Shown in pieces: positions 13,201-24,805 of a DNA stretch of 64,000 nucleotides. Every line of letters begins with the position of its first letter. Positions within the stretch are counted from its first letter, which is position 1. The notes beneath the pieces are model-generated. The model saw nothing but the letters and a program-made list of their open reading frames with translations, was not told where the DNA came from and searched no databases. Origin of the DNA: Pavona decussata (Eukaryota); NCBI GenBank assembly GCA_977016875.1, contig CDRNST010000122.1:3596001-3660000 (forward strand), read 5' to 3'. The translations under genes were made by a program, and so were the position numbers.

Positions 13201-15536
13201 ATAGTTTTCCATCAAGAGTTATCAAATCAAGACTGTTGTAAAGAAGAATTTATAGGAATGTCAGTTGTAGAACTCAAAAGTTTGTAATCAGGCGAAGTAA
13301 TGTTAATGACCCGGCCAAAATTTCTCTGTCCATGGTAGTTTATAATAGAATTTAATGATAAAATTAGACTGAGTACCAGGAAATGTCTTAAGTGTTGCTT
13401 ATTTACAATGTTCAATTTGTTCATTTTAGGCCTAAAACAAAGGACAGTGAACCTGTAGTCATAATATCTTCTTCCTCATCTGATGATGATTCTGACAAGG
13501 AGCAGAAGAAGGAAACAAGTGAACCAGTTGTGAAGAAAGAGTCCAATAAGACAAGTGACTCTGTTCCAAAAGATGAAAAACCTGATGTGGAAGGAAGTGG
13601 TCTGCGACTGAATCAAGAGTCAAGTGAGCAACCTCCTAAACAGGAGGATACTGCATTAAATTTGAAATCAGATGGGAAGGATTCGGACTCTGATGAGTGT
13701 ATATCTCAAGAAGATCTTCTGGCACAGTTGGGTTTGGGTTCTGTCAAAGAGTTACAGAAGAAAGAAACATCAAGCAATAATGGGACCTCTGCACTATCTG
13801 CTCATGCAAATGGAATTGATAAGAAACCTGTGATTATGCACCGAGCAAGGGAGAGTATTGTTGACTTCTTGAAAGTACCAAAACTAACCTCTTCAGAGAC
13901 TAAAAGAAGAGTGAATGGCGACACAAAAGTTGATTACTCTATCACTAATGGTGAGAACAGTGATGGCTCTAGGCCAGAGTCACCTCTTTCTGATGAAAAT
14001 GACGATGACCTGCAGGCAAAGGAAAAATTGATTGCACACCTCAGAAACGAGCTGAGACAAGAGGAAGCTAAGCTTCTCTTGCTAAAGAAGTTACATGCTG
14101 CACAAAGTAACGATGTCAAGGGTAACTCCAAACTACAGAAAGAGAATGTTGTAGAGAAAACACCAGCAGCTACCCCTCAAAACAATGCAAAATCCTCTGT
14201 TCAGCTGCCTCCAAAGAAAGGGCAAAACCTTCCTCCTCCTCCACCATTAAAGGCATCAACAGTGCTAGCTTCCTCTACATTTCACCCACCCAGGGATGTG
14301 TCAGGTCAACCAAGACTGCTACCAAAGGGAAGTGCTGCGGCACAGGGGCCTCCTGTAAATACTGGTTCAAGCAAATTTGTAGGTTCTGCTGCCCAAACTC
14401 TGAAAGAGTTTGCTGTGCATCAGCAGTCCATGCACCAACAATCACCCCAGCCAAAACCTGGCTCCTCTGCAATTGCTGACCTTCAGAATGTTGTTACATG
14501 CATGGCAAGTCTAATTCAGCCAACACCACTGTACCCTCACAGTGGAGGCCGTGGCAGTCCTGTGTATTCAGCAGCTAATCAGCCAGCACCTGTGCGCCCC
14601 ACTCCTGTCCGAGCAAATAATGTCAGCAGCCTCCCAGCTAGCAGTGGATATGTATCATTTCAGCATCATCTGCCAAGCAGCTCCCAGCAAAGTGCCGGAG
14701 GTAAACAGGCTGCTGCCAAGATGGCTTTACGAAAGCAGTTGGAGAGAACCCTGCTTCAGATTCCACCGCCTAAGCCCCCACCCCCTGAATGGTCATTCAT
14801 TCCAAGCCTTGGGAGTCCAGATTTTATGGTTCTTGTTGGGCTTGAGTCTGTGGTGAATGTCATGGCTGATAAAGAAAGTAAGAAATTAAATGCTCCACTA
14901 CAAGAACAAAAGATAAACCCCAAAGTTTGTTCACGCTGCAACACAGACTTCTCACCTTCATGGACAAAGAAGCAGGATGGGGGCTCTGGTGAGGTGACTG
15001 TGTGCGAAAAATGTAGCACTGTCAATGTGAAGAAAGAGCTCAAGGCAGAACACACAGCTCGATTGAAAGCAGCTTTCCTAAAGGCTCTTAAACAAGAGCA
15101 AGAGATAGAACAAAAGATAAATGATACCCCTGCAATTGCTCCAAAACCCCACCACCCAAGCCAAAAGACATCTCCCCAGCCTCAGTTGGCTCCTGCACCC
15201 CCACGTCACCACATCACACACCACCAACCCATCATGCATCACCATCACCAAGCTGTGCAGCCTGCACTGTATCACCATCATCAGCCGCACACCAGCTCCC
15301 TTCTGTTTCAACTACAGCAGCAACATCTCCAACAGCAGCACCAGGAGCTCGAGGCTGCTGCAAGACAGCAGGCTGATGTAAGATGGCATCCTTACCTGAG
15401 CCAACATCACCACTCTGGCTCACGTAACCCACAGCATCACCATAGCTATGTGTCGGACTCTGATAGACAATATCTGTTGGACATGATCCCTTCTCTTCCA
15501 ACACCCAGTCTTGGTTATGGCTCCAGTAGAATATAG
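7245..15536 (+). CDS. GATAD2: Transcriptional repressor p66 (GATAD2A/B orthologue, NuRD subunit), 757 aa
   Basis: join(7245..7411,13430..15536) across a phase-2 GT-AG intron. Contains the CR1 coiled coil LRNELRQEEAKLLLLKKL, CR2 AAKMALRKQLERTLLQIPPPKPPPPEWSFIPS, a GATA-like finger CSRC-x21-CEKC, the LKAEHTARLKAAFLKALKQEQEIEQ helix and the terminal RQYLLDMIP motif. Confidence 0.95.
9005..9774. mobile_element. Non-autonomous DNA transposon with 4-bp TSD (TATT)
   Basis: TIRs CAGGGTCCGAAATT / AATTTCGGACCCTG; TATT on both flanks; subterminal GGTCGCC/GGCGACC repeats. Confidence 0.85.
10500..11714. mobile_element. Non-autonomous DNA transposon with 5-bp TSD (TACTG)
   Basis: Perfect 16-bp TIRs CAAGGCTGCTGCCTAA / TTAGGCAGCAGCCTTG; TACTG at 10495-10499 and 11715-11719; internal 30-bp x3 tandem repeat at ~10949-11034. 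Confidence 0.9.
11760..12090. repeat. Degenerate interspersed repeat built from GGGACAAGTC/GGGACTTGTC units
   Basis: Several direct and inverted copies of GGGAC(A/T)(A/T)GTCC. Confidence 0.5.
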
Positions 15537-16003
15537 GTTTATCTTTTGCAAGCTTGTGCACTTGGGCATTGTTTAATTGAAATAATGCATTCCTATATCT
15601 TCAGTGCGGCCTCTACATGGCAAACATGCTTGGTAGCCAGTGTTTTTCATAGGGGCACCATAGCCCAGTTTCCCAGTCTGCAGCAAGGCAGCTCACGATA
15701 AGTTCCAGTGTAAAGGGTAACCAGCTAATCTGACGAGGTTTGTTATATTTGAGGCTGGATTTACAAAGAAAACATGATGCAGGCCCTGGTTAATTAACTA
15801 TCCTGTCAGTACAATAGATCACTGCCGAGGACTAGTTTTCACCATCTACAGAGTTGAAGCCAAGGTCGTAATGAGAGGCCTAAATATTGTTATGATCCAG
15901 TGAAAATCAAACAGTGGAGTCATAATTTTCCCGGTTGGGCTTACAATCAAGTAAAAACCAAGATTGCTGGAGTTGAAAGCAATTCTAACAATGAGCCAAT
16001 TAA

Positions 16004-16396
16004 GGACGGTGCTTACTATTGTTACTGCACATACATTCTGCGCATCTCGAGATACTCAGGTTTCCTATGGGTGGTGCCCACTAATACAGGAATATTTTTG
16101 TGCGGTTTAAAACTATACGGAGAAAGCAGAACTTAGCAAATGCTTTTCGTATCTCGTAAGAAAATTGGGGATAGCCATGCATTTTTCAGAGATAATTAAG
16201 CTTCAATTTAGGAAAAAATCCCATACATTGCTTTATATTTTGGCGGTTTTTAGAGATATTGTTGCTTAGCTATCTCTGAAAAATGCATGGTTACCCCCAA
16301 TTTTTATTTTGGATTCCAACAGCCCTTGCTAAGATCTGCTTTTCCCGCACCGTCATGAACCGGACAAAAATACTTCGGTATTAGTAGGCACCGTTC
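16004..16396. mobile_element. MITE with TTAA TSD, in the GATAD2 3' region
   Basis: TTAA|GGACGGTGCTTACTA ... TAGTAGGCACCGTTC|TTAA. Confidence 0.85.
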
Positions 16397-17683
16397 TTAA
16401 AATGCCTCAGAACAAACATCATGATTGACTTATTATTCGGCTTGTGACTCCAACAATCTTGTTTTCACTAGATAAGCGCAATGGGAAAAATTTATTCTGA
16501 TTCTGCGAACTTTTGACTCCGTTGTTTAGTTTTCACTAAGGTAGTTGTAAGCGCATTTACAACTCTGTCTCTGTTGAAGTGAAAACCAGCCTTCATAGAT
16601 TTCATCCCTTGGACAGCAGGTTTTTCCGCTGGTCAAAGTTAATGCTGTTTTTAGCAACCAAGTGTTGTATGGGTATAACTAGGTACATGCAACAGTTTTG
16701 ACAACTTGAGAAGTAATGTCATCCTGGGTATAACTTACCTCTGCAAATCTTAGAAATGGGTCGGGTTATGAAAAGTTTAAACAAAATGCTATGATGTACA
16801 CTGGCTGGGTAGATTTCACCATGGTGATACATGCCCTGACAAACGCTTACACACAGGCTGACCATACCTCTGTGTTCTTGTCTCAACATTAAAATATAGA
16901 AGTGTGGTGATGCTATGTTTGCAAGGGTAAATTACTGTGTGCAGAGCTGTCGTCATGAACCTTGATGTTACGGTTGATCTTGATGGTTCTAGGGTCATTT
17001 TACTCAGAAAGCTCAATGAAACATGGTCAAAAACTTGATGACAGCCCTGCACAGTCTGTGCCCGAAATCAACTCATGTTGAGACTTGGTGTTCTGTTGTG
17101 CCCTTGTTTTGTACTCTTTGCTAAACTGCTTAAATCTGCTTGTTACATTTGACATCTAATTGCTCAAAGAAAGAATACTGACTGTCTTTCACTTGCTAGA
17201 TATCATACAAAGCTTGTTTGATGTTTATTTAAAGTGGTGTGTGTATAGTGCTGTAATGTGACAAGGCTCAAGTGAAGCTTATTCTATTCTCCATTTCTGG
17301 AACTATCTTGCTCTCTTTGTAGTAATTAGTTGTTTGGAATCTACTCGCCATTCTTTCTTTTTCAGTAAATAATCTTATTAAGTCAGCTCAGTAATTTATT
17401 ACTCACAAGTTCTATTTTCTTTGCCGGATTTGGTGGTTTTTTGTTGAGAACAGCCAGCCATAGTTCCTACATTAAGTGCAATAATATATTTTGTTGGTTA
17501 ACTCTGTGGAACAAATCAAATGAAACAAACGAAGAATATTCTTGTTGGTTCTTATATACCACTTTTGCTCAGAATGATGAAAACAGTAATTCCAAGCTTG
17601 ACAATTTTCAATAATACTTTCCAAAGAGGGAGGAGGCTTTTAACTCGTTACATTTCTGTCTCACAGATGCTACAATAGACCAG

Positions 17684-17810
17684 GCCCCAGTTGTTCAAAG
17701 AGCGGATAACTCTATCCAGCGAATAAAGTGTATTCCAACCAATGCATTTTATCCGGTGGATAGTGATTTATCCGCTGGAAAAAGTTATCCACTCTTTGAA
17801 CAACTGGGGC
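17684..17810. mobile_element. MITE of the GCCCCAGTTGTTCAAA family
   Basis: TIRs GCCCCAGTTGTTCAAAGAG / CTCTTTGAACAACTGGGGC; CAG/CTG flanks; internal GGATAA repeats. Confidence 0.85.
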
Positions 17811-19319
17811 CTGCTAGCAAAGCCCTGTTAGATGTCTTCATTATAGTGTTGGCTATAGTTCTTTAAAAGTGTGTAAAACTTGATGATACCTGATGTTACC
17901 ATATTTACGTGGCAAGGATAGGCTGGACTTAGGCAAAAATTGCGGTTGTAGATGATATGGGTTAAAAAGAGATTTTTCCCGTCTCAGATAAAATATTGAG
18001 TAAATATGGTGACAGGTGACTTAACTGATATCTTTGTCAATTTTCTTTCTCATTTCTCTTCACTATAAAAGAACAAAAAAACTAAATAGAGTGAAAGTGG
18101 TAAACTCAGGGCGTGGCTAATTAGCTCTAGGTATCTGCGGGCTAAGCAGTTTAGCCAGTCTCCGGTTACTGCATAAACGTGAACACAAAAACCAGCTCAA
18201 GTTTTTGGCAAGGCCGACTGCTTGTTGATCTCAAGTTCTTATGCCTCAAATAATTGAAAGCAATATTAAAAAGTTTGTACAAAGTCCTCAACCTTTTAAA
18301 TATATAGATAGGTATATATTGCTTGAGCATTCTATTTCTTCTCTCTGTAAATGGACACTTCTCGATGTATTATTTATTATCAGAAAATTACCTCAGAGAC
18401 GCTATCTAGTAGTATATATTAACAAATAAAAAATTTGAGTTCTACCGACAAATTGTTTTCGGTGTTAATACATCTTGGTGTGTGGAAACAAGGGAAAACA
18501 GCCATGCAATGCGTACAAAATCGATGACCGTTTATGGTTACTGTCAATTTTGATGGAATAGTTAAAAAAGTTCTCATGGTGCACCCAATTTGATATGGAA
18601 TGCCTCTAGAGGGTTTTACTCGATTAGGTGGATCGTGAAATTTTGGAGATAATCTTTCCATTGTCATCCGATATTCCAGCGAACCGGAAAAGGGTTTATT
18701 TATTTTATAACCCTCTGATTAATTTCTGAAATGCGCGCGCTTTACTGTAGAAAGACAAAACAGTCAGTGATTGCAGCCAAATAAATGCAAGCTAACTAGT
18801 TTACAGGTGGTGTGCGCTAGTCTGTTGGTTTACTAGAGTTTGTATTCCATCAATTAAGACCTAAAACTGTGACTTTTCTTGTTTTGCTCGTCACTTGACT
18901 ATGGCCGGCAGATTCTAATTATAAGCAAGAAGAGCTCGACCGTCTCGTGAAAACATGACACCATTTATACAAGAGTCCCTAACCATTAGCTCCTATTTTC
19001 TTGCTGTCAGATCAGATTGGGTGTTATATACACTGTCTACAAATGGTTCTAACATGTAAATTATAATGCCTCAGTATTGCTAGCTTGTAGCCTGGGCGCG
19101 GCGTTCTCCCTCGCCCCTTTTGTCCGTGCGAAGCCTTGGAGATTAGCCTCTCTCAGAGGCCCAGAAAAAAAATAATGGAACGAATTACTCAGAAACAGGC
19201 TGAAAGACGGAGAAGGAAAAGTAAGAGAGGGAGGGAAGGCTTTGGCGAGTGTTAAACGGTGACGCCATTACGTTAAGGTAGAATCCAGGCCTAAACGAGT
19301 CCGGAAGGCTGCCGATCCC

Positions 19320-20000
19320 TCATTCAACCAAAGCGCGCTTTTGTTCTTCCAGGATCCGGTTCATGGCAACCAAGTCTTTAACCATGGAAACGCACTCGCG
19401 TTTCATGTCCTCCACTTCACTTTTCATTTGAGTGGATAATTTGTGCGAAAGTCGCCTCACGCTTTCTGCGTCATGTACAATCGATCTTAAATTCTTCTTA
19501 GTAGCTTGTAGATCCCGGAAATCGCCAACAGAGTTGACGTGCACGATATTTTCCACGTCTTTCTCCGTCCATTCGGCGGTTTGGAAAAGACTTGACGCGG
19601 CATCGTCTTTAAGTTGTTGTAATTCTTCCACCGCGCGCCGTGCTTTTCTGGTGTTAAGACGCAAGAGTTCTTCAATGGCGTCCTCAAGGGCGTCGTGTAA
19701 AATTCGAAGTTGCTTCCGCCATTTGACAAAAGAACGGAGGCGCTCCAGTTTCGATGTTTTATCGCGTGATTTACTCCACGATCCTCTCAGACCTTCTTGC
19801 TTGTGAGCACTTTGTAGCACGCTTTCTTCAATGCCCTTAAGCTCGTCCGCCAGTTCGTCTCGACGATGCCGCTCACGTGCTCGGCTTGTTTGAGATGATC
19901 TCAACAAATCGTTGGTTTCATCTAGTCTTCTATGCCGATTTTCAATATGGAAATAAACTGAATCTTGAGAGGGAACGCAATGTTCACAAGCATACGCCAT
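19320..20000 (-). CDS. Intronless 226-aa coiled-coil protein of unknown function
   Basis: ATG-started 681-bp ORF, GC-richer than its flanks, E/K/R/L-rich heptad-like helices, N-terminal CEHC; TATAAG ~47 bp upstream. Confidence 0.75.
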   Translation of the reverse strand: MAYACEHCVPSQDSVYFHIENRHRRLDETNDLLRSSQTSRARERHRRDELADELKGIEESVLQSAHKQEGLRGSWSKSRDKTSKLERLRSFVKWRKQLRILHDALEDAIEELLRLNTRKARRAVEELQQLKDDAASSLFQTAEWTEKDVENIVHVNSVGDFRDLQATKKNLRSIVHDAESVRRLSHKLSTQMKSEVEDMKRECVSMVKDLVAMNRILEEQKRALVE

Positions 20001-21283
20001 TGTTGGTCCAGCTGTGGTTAGTGCGCTAGTTGTTCGGCCTAGTTATCTTATATGTTTTTTCCAGAGTTGATCACAGTAATTGGTGTGATTGGGAAGCTTT
20101 GGTCTTCAACACCCAGTGAAAAGCAGCCCCATAATTGAGGCTTATTCATTTTTAATTAGAGAGCAGCTGCAAACCATTCAAGTTAATTTTATTTTGAAAA
20201 ACGGTGGAAGAGAAATGTAATCATTGAAACCAAAATGAAAGATCTTCAGGGGAGAAAAAAGTAACAAAAATTTAAATCATATTTAATGTATGTGATGAAA
20301 AAATTCTCACAGTTGTCAAGTGAGAGAGTAGCCGTACCCATACGCATATCAGTTGTTTAACGGGACCACGCGGTACAATCAGGCTTAAGGTACTGGTAGC
20401 TGTGTGTTGGAGAAATTGCCAGTAGCACCAAATCATTTAATCTCGAAGTCGGTCTATTCATTGCCCTTTGATCTGAGCGGAATGGGGGCGAACGCCTGCC
20501 TCAAAATGACAGTCAAGCCTTTCCGCATGCAAAAGAGCCTACTCCGACTATCTAATCAGCCTATTTCAGCAGACTAACTTCAGTTACTTCAAATTGGCCT
20601 CGGTTGATCAAAGTTTATCGGTCAGGATAGTTGTTCTATCTCAAACATGAAATAGTATGTTACGATCCTGTGTTTGTTGTGGTTAAGTGCTTCATATACA
20701 AACAAAACTGGACTAAAGTTTCAATCTCTTGATTGCTGAAGTGTGATCAATACATACTAAGGCGTATCAATCATAGTTTTCCTTTCGACTAAATCATGGA
20801 TAACGTCCTTTTTTCGGGTTATCTTGTATATACGTGAAGCGCGAACGGCAAAAATGACCACGTGACCACGATTTTCCCGCCATTTTTCGCGTTTGCCGCT
20901 TGCCTGTCGCTGTTTCTTCGTAAAAACAGGCTATTTCGCGTTTGCCGTCTACGTGAGAACTACGTAAGTATTTCTTCCTTTTTTTCTTATATATACAAGT
21001 AATTAATTGTTGACAACAATTACCCAACATCTTTTCCGGCAAATCATACTAGGGCATGTTTAAAAATCCTTCATAACTCACTCGATGCTGCACTTTTCTT
21101 TATGAACTCACCAAAGTGAGTCGCAAAACAGCTTCATCGAAACTCGCAAAATTAGCTTAAGTCAAAAGGTTCACGCTATTTTACGTGAAACGTGAAACGG
21201 CAAGGTGACATTTGCCGTTTCAAGTAAACGCGATGCTAAATCTCCCTACTTCACTCAGTCATTCGTTGTGCCAGTGTCAGGTG

Positions 21284-22277
21284 CAGGGCCGTATTGCCAG
21301 ACTTTCAGGAAAGGGGAGGCAAGCGGTTTCGAACGCCGAAGGAGCCAGCGTCAAGGGGGACGTGGGGGCACGGTCCTCAAGAAAAATTTGAAATCTAGAG
21401 GCTCTGATATGCAATTGTTAGTACTTCTTCATTGATATTTCTTTAAAAATCAGTCTCACTTGGGAGTAAAATGGTGGCCTTTCTATTGTTTACAAGTTAA
21501 CAGTAATAATAATAATAATAATTATAATAATAATAATAATAATAATAATAATCTTTAAACAGGGTGCGTTCTAATAAAATAAATGAAATTTTCAGACATT
21601 ACTATTACAATGATAGAAGATAAAAGGTTTAAAATAGCTACACTACTATGCATTATTTACAGTCGCTCTGATCCGTGTGATACTTGAACCTGAACTATCC
21701 CACTTCCTTCCTGCTCCCTGCCGTTAGTGCCTTTCAAACAGTCGTATTTAGGGGACTCGTAATACCCTCCTCCTCTCCCTCCTTGGGTTGGAGGCTACCG
21801 TTCCAGTGGTGCAGTGTAGGAGCATTCAGATATGGTTAAAATATGGTTAAACCCCCGAATCCCACAATTCATCAGGCCTGAAGCTCGCTATATATGTACT
21901 TAAGAAGCTAAATTTGGTCGAAAGACGGAAGGGAAAAGCAGCCAGCATACAGTGGGGGTCGTGCAGACCTTCCATCTTTTTTTAACCAGAACTTGTGGCT
22001 GTTGCTTATTAAACATGCATGACGATCATAGAGATTACAACTTCAACAGGGCCGGGTTCATAACTGGATGTCTGCGATTTTGAACCGCAATTGTCCTCTG
22101 GGATCAGTTGGAGTTATCCCTAAATTCGCTCTTCTTGTGACGTTTAAGGCCTCAGGACGCAATTGTAAACACTATTTGGGAATTATTTTTCAACCAACAC
22201 TATTTTTAAATTTTGGGGGGAGACTTAGACGAGGCAAGCGGCATTGTCTTGCCTCACAGATGCTGGCTGCGGCCCTG
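21284..22277. mobile_element. Non-autonomous DNA transposon carrying an (AAT)n tract at ~21505-21551
   Basis: TIRs CAGGGCCGTA / TGCGGCCCTG; near-TSD AGGTG/GGGTG; GAGGCAAGCGG repeated near both ends. Confidence 0.6.
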
Positions 22278-22857
22278 GGGTGGCCTTTAGCTCAGTAACA
22301 GCGTGACTTGATAATTCTAATAAAGAGTATAAACGAAGCTCCTCGAAACGACGGGCGCATAGGCTATACGAGTAGACTCCACCTTAGTTCGCTTAGCAAC
22401 TCTTAGAAATGATAACTATAGAACGTGTGAGAACTCCCGAAAATCAGCCTCTTGGGAGGCGATTTGCTCTCGGTGGCATGGCTTGATCGACCGAGTTAAA
22501 TGAGGGGACGATTCAAAGTCTTGCGATCGTTAGACAACTGACAACAGCTTGACACAAACTCAGAATCACTTAAGGTTTACTTCAGTAATGTATTTACAAA
22601 ATAGCATCCACCAAGTAATGAACATGATATCCGAACAAAAATAAACCTGATGAACCAACCAGTGTTTATCAACAAATACCCTTGGGACCAAGTATATTTA
22701 TATTTTCTAGCACACCGGAAACTTCCTTTTCCTGATAAATGGCAAACTTTAAAGTCAATATGCTTCGAGAAGCAATGATCATATTAATCAGACTACACTG
22801 AATTCACGCATTTCTGTGCTGTGTAAGGGATCGTTGCCTTGGACACGCAGCAGTCAG

Positions 22858-23190
22858 TCAATTCCATCCTTTCCATACATAAGTGTTCACGACTCCCTGT
22901 TCTCTCATGGCTCCAGTCCTGTTGCTATCCGCTGTTGCCTTCTTCTCTGCATCCCTTGTTAACCTGTTCACCATCTTTTCAATCTCTTCACTTCCGATAT
23001 CTGTTGGTTCTACGTTCGTTCTGCGTTCGAGTTTTGGCTTGTTTCTTTCATTCCGATTTGCCCAGTCACGAACAAATAGTCTGTCCACCATGCGTTCAAC
23101 CTCAACGCTTCTCAGATTCTGGTATCCCATAAGGAACTCCGGGTTTCGTTCTTTAGGATGTGTAATGGTTCCCCAAGGCTTTTTCGCCAT
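22858..23190 (-). CDS. Small unknown protein, paralogue A of the tandem triplet (110 aa)
   Basis: ATG ORF; shares PWGTIT.P, GYQ.L, two ExExMVxRL copies and RTGA.RE.G.VNTY.W motifs with its neighbours. Confidence 0.85.
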   Translation of the reverse strand: MAKKPWGTITHPKERNPEFLMGYQNLRSVEVERMVDRLFVRDWANRNERNKPKLERRTNVEPTDIGSEEIEKMVNRLTRDAEKKATADSNRTGAMREQGVVNTYVWKGWN

Positions 23191-24457
23191 TGTGTTTTAA
23201 AATTTCAATTTTCTCCTATCGATTTGCAGCGTTTTGTGTCACTTTACCACAAGCGAAAACCAACAATATCAATATGCTGATAGAACCAAGAGCTTTACTT
23301 AATTTACATGACAAAGATGCTCCAGACAAATCCAATCAACTCTGCATAATTGCTTTGTTTTAGTTATTATGAAAATTCTTATCAACCACCAATAACATTT
23401 GTTTTCACTCGCATGGGATTAATACTCATTCGGATGTGACTTTTAAATTATCCCCGCAAGTTGTATCTCAAAATACTAAAAGAGTCGAAAACTCGATAAA
23501 CCTGCAGCTCATTATGCTTTTACATCCCCAAATTTTTAATAATTCACGCGTCAGCTAGACAGGACTCAAACATGTCATTCAATATTCATACTCACCAACA
23601 TCAGTTGTTTTTGTTTAAATTAAAATTCGCGAATACCGGGGTCAATGTCACTAACCCGCGGTCAGACTCTACTGTGCAGCCACAAAATTTCAAAATAAAT
23701 CGTTTATTTTTATCTGGTGATTTCGTGCTGTTTTCGTTCTCTCACGGAACTGCATGAGAATCAATCAAGGTAGCCTCCTTCAAGACTGTCTATCTTAAAA
23801 TATCGATGGCAGTCTGTTTTGAGTAAAGATTCTACAGACGCAGCTGCATCGAAAACATCATTATCTTATTAAAATTATAGCAGGGGCTACAAGCAGTTTC
23901 TCTCAAGCTTCTTCCCATAAAAGTCGCGTCAGACTTTTTCGCGAAACCTCTCGTGTTTCAAGTTTGCACACGCGAAATAAGGTTTAAGGACGCGTTTTTC
24001 GATCCTTTTCGCTTGAACTATCGCCTTACAAGCCGTCGGAGAAACGTACAACGCGTAAACGTAGTAAGCATCATTGCTAACTTTTCATATCTCACTGGCC
24101 CTTAAAACATAATAAGGCCAATCGATTGAATAAAATTCAAAATTCACAAACATTCATCCCAGTACAGGTGAGGATTACAAATAGCAGTTACCGTAAAACA
24201 ACTGGAAAATTTTTAGTTGCGCACGGTTCGCAAAATATCACTTCACACAGCTTATCAGATTAACCGCTGACTAAAATCAGCTGTAAAATCCACTCGCCAA
24301 CTCGTGAGGCGTTCAAATTCAGTTCAAGTAGTTAAGTGCTTATTGTGATAAAAGAATTATTGCAAACCGTAATTAATTCAGATCGTCAGCATGACCAAGT
24401 GACGACCCAAATGATTCAAATGATTCGTGACTGATGTGGAAAATAAATACTGCAAGG

Positions 24458-24805
24458 TCACGGACTCTCCTCTCCACATAGGATCGCTTGATGATTGCGT
24501 CCATTCCAAGCATAAGAGTTAAGAACAGCGCCCCACTCCTTCTTATATCGATGAACTCTCCGTATGTCCGGTGTTTTGCCTACATTTGTTTCTTTGTTAG
24601 CTAACCTGGCAACCATTGTGCTAATTTCTTCCTGCGATAGTTGTCGCTTTTCAATGGCCGGTCGTGGCCGCTTTTTCTCTTGCGCCGGAGTTGTCTTTGG
24701 TCTGGTTAATCTTTCCACCATATTTTCTATTTCTTCGTTGTCTAACTTCTGATATCCGAGTTCGAAAGGCGGTTTTGTTATTGTTCCCCACGGCTGAGAA
24801 GTCAT
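24458..24805 (-). CDS. Small unknown protein, paralogue B (115 aa)
   Basis: True start is the ATG at 24805 (MTSQPWGTITKP); EEIENMVERL, EEISTMVARL, G.VLNSYAWNG. Confidence 0.85.
   Translation of the reverse strand: MTSQPWGTITKPPFELGYQKLDNEEIENMVERLTRPKTTPAQEKKRPRPAIEKRQLSQEEISTMVARLANKETNVGKTPDIRRVHRYKKEWGAVLNSYAWNGRNHQAILCGEESP

Noticed and set aside
13392-13429. ORF-track start MLLIYNVQFVHFR of the 714-aa ORF
   Set aside because: This is intron sequence; the real exon starts at the acceptor at 13430 and joins the exon at 7245-7411.
13934-15561. Overlapping alternative-frame and antisense ORFs in p66
   Set aside because: By-products of the codon bias of a long low-complexity CDS.
18807-20037. 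GTGCGCTAGT repeated on both sides of the coiled-coil ORF, a possible TSD or LTR
   Set aside because: Only ~10 bp match, with no other element hallmarks; compatible with chance.
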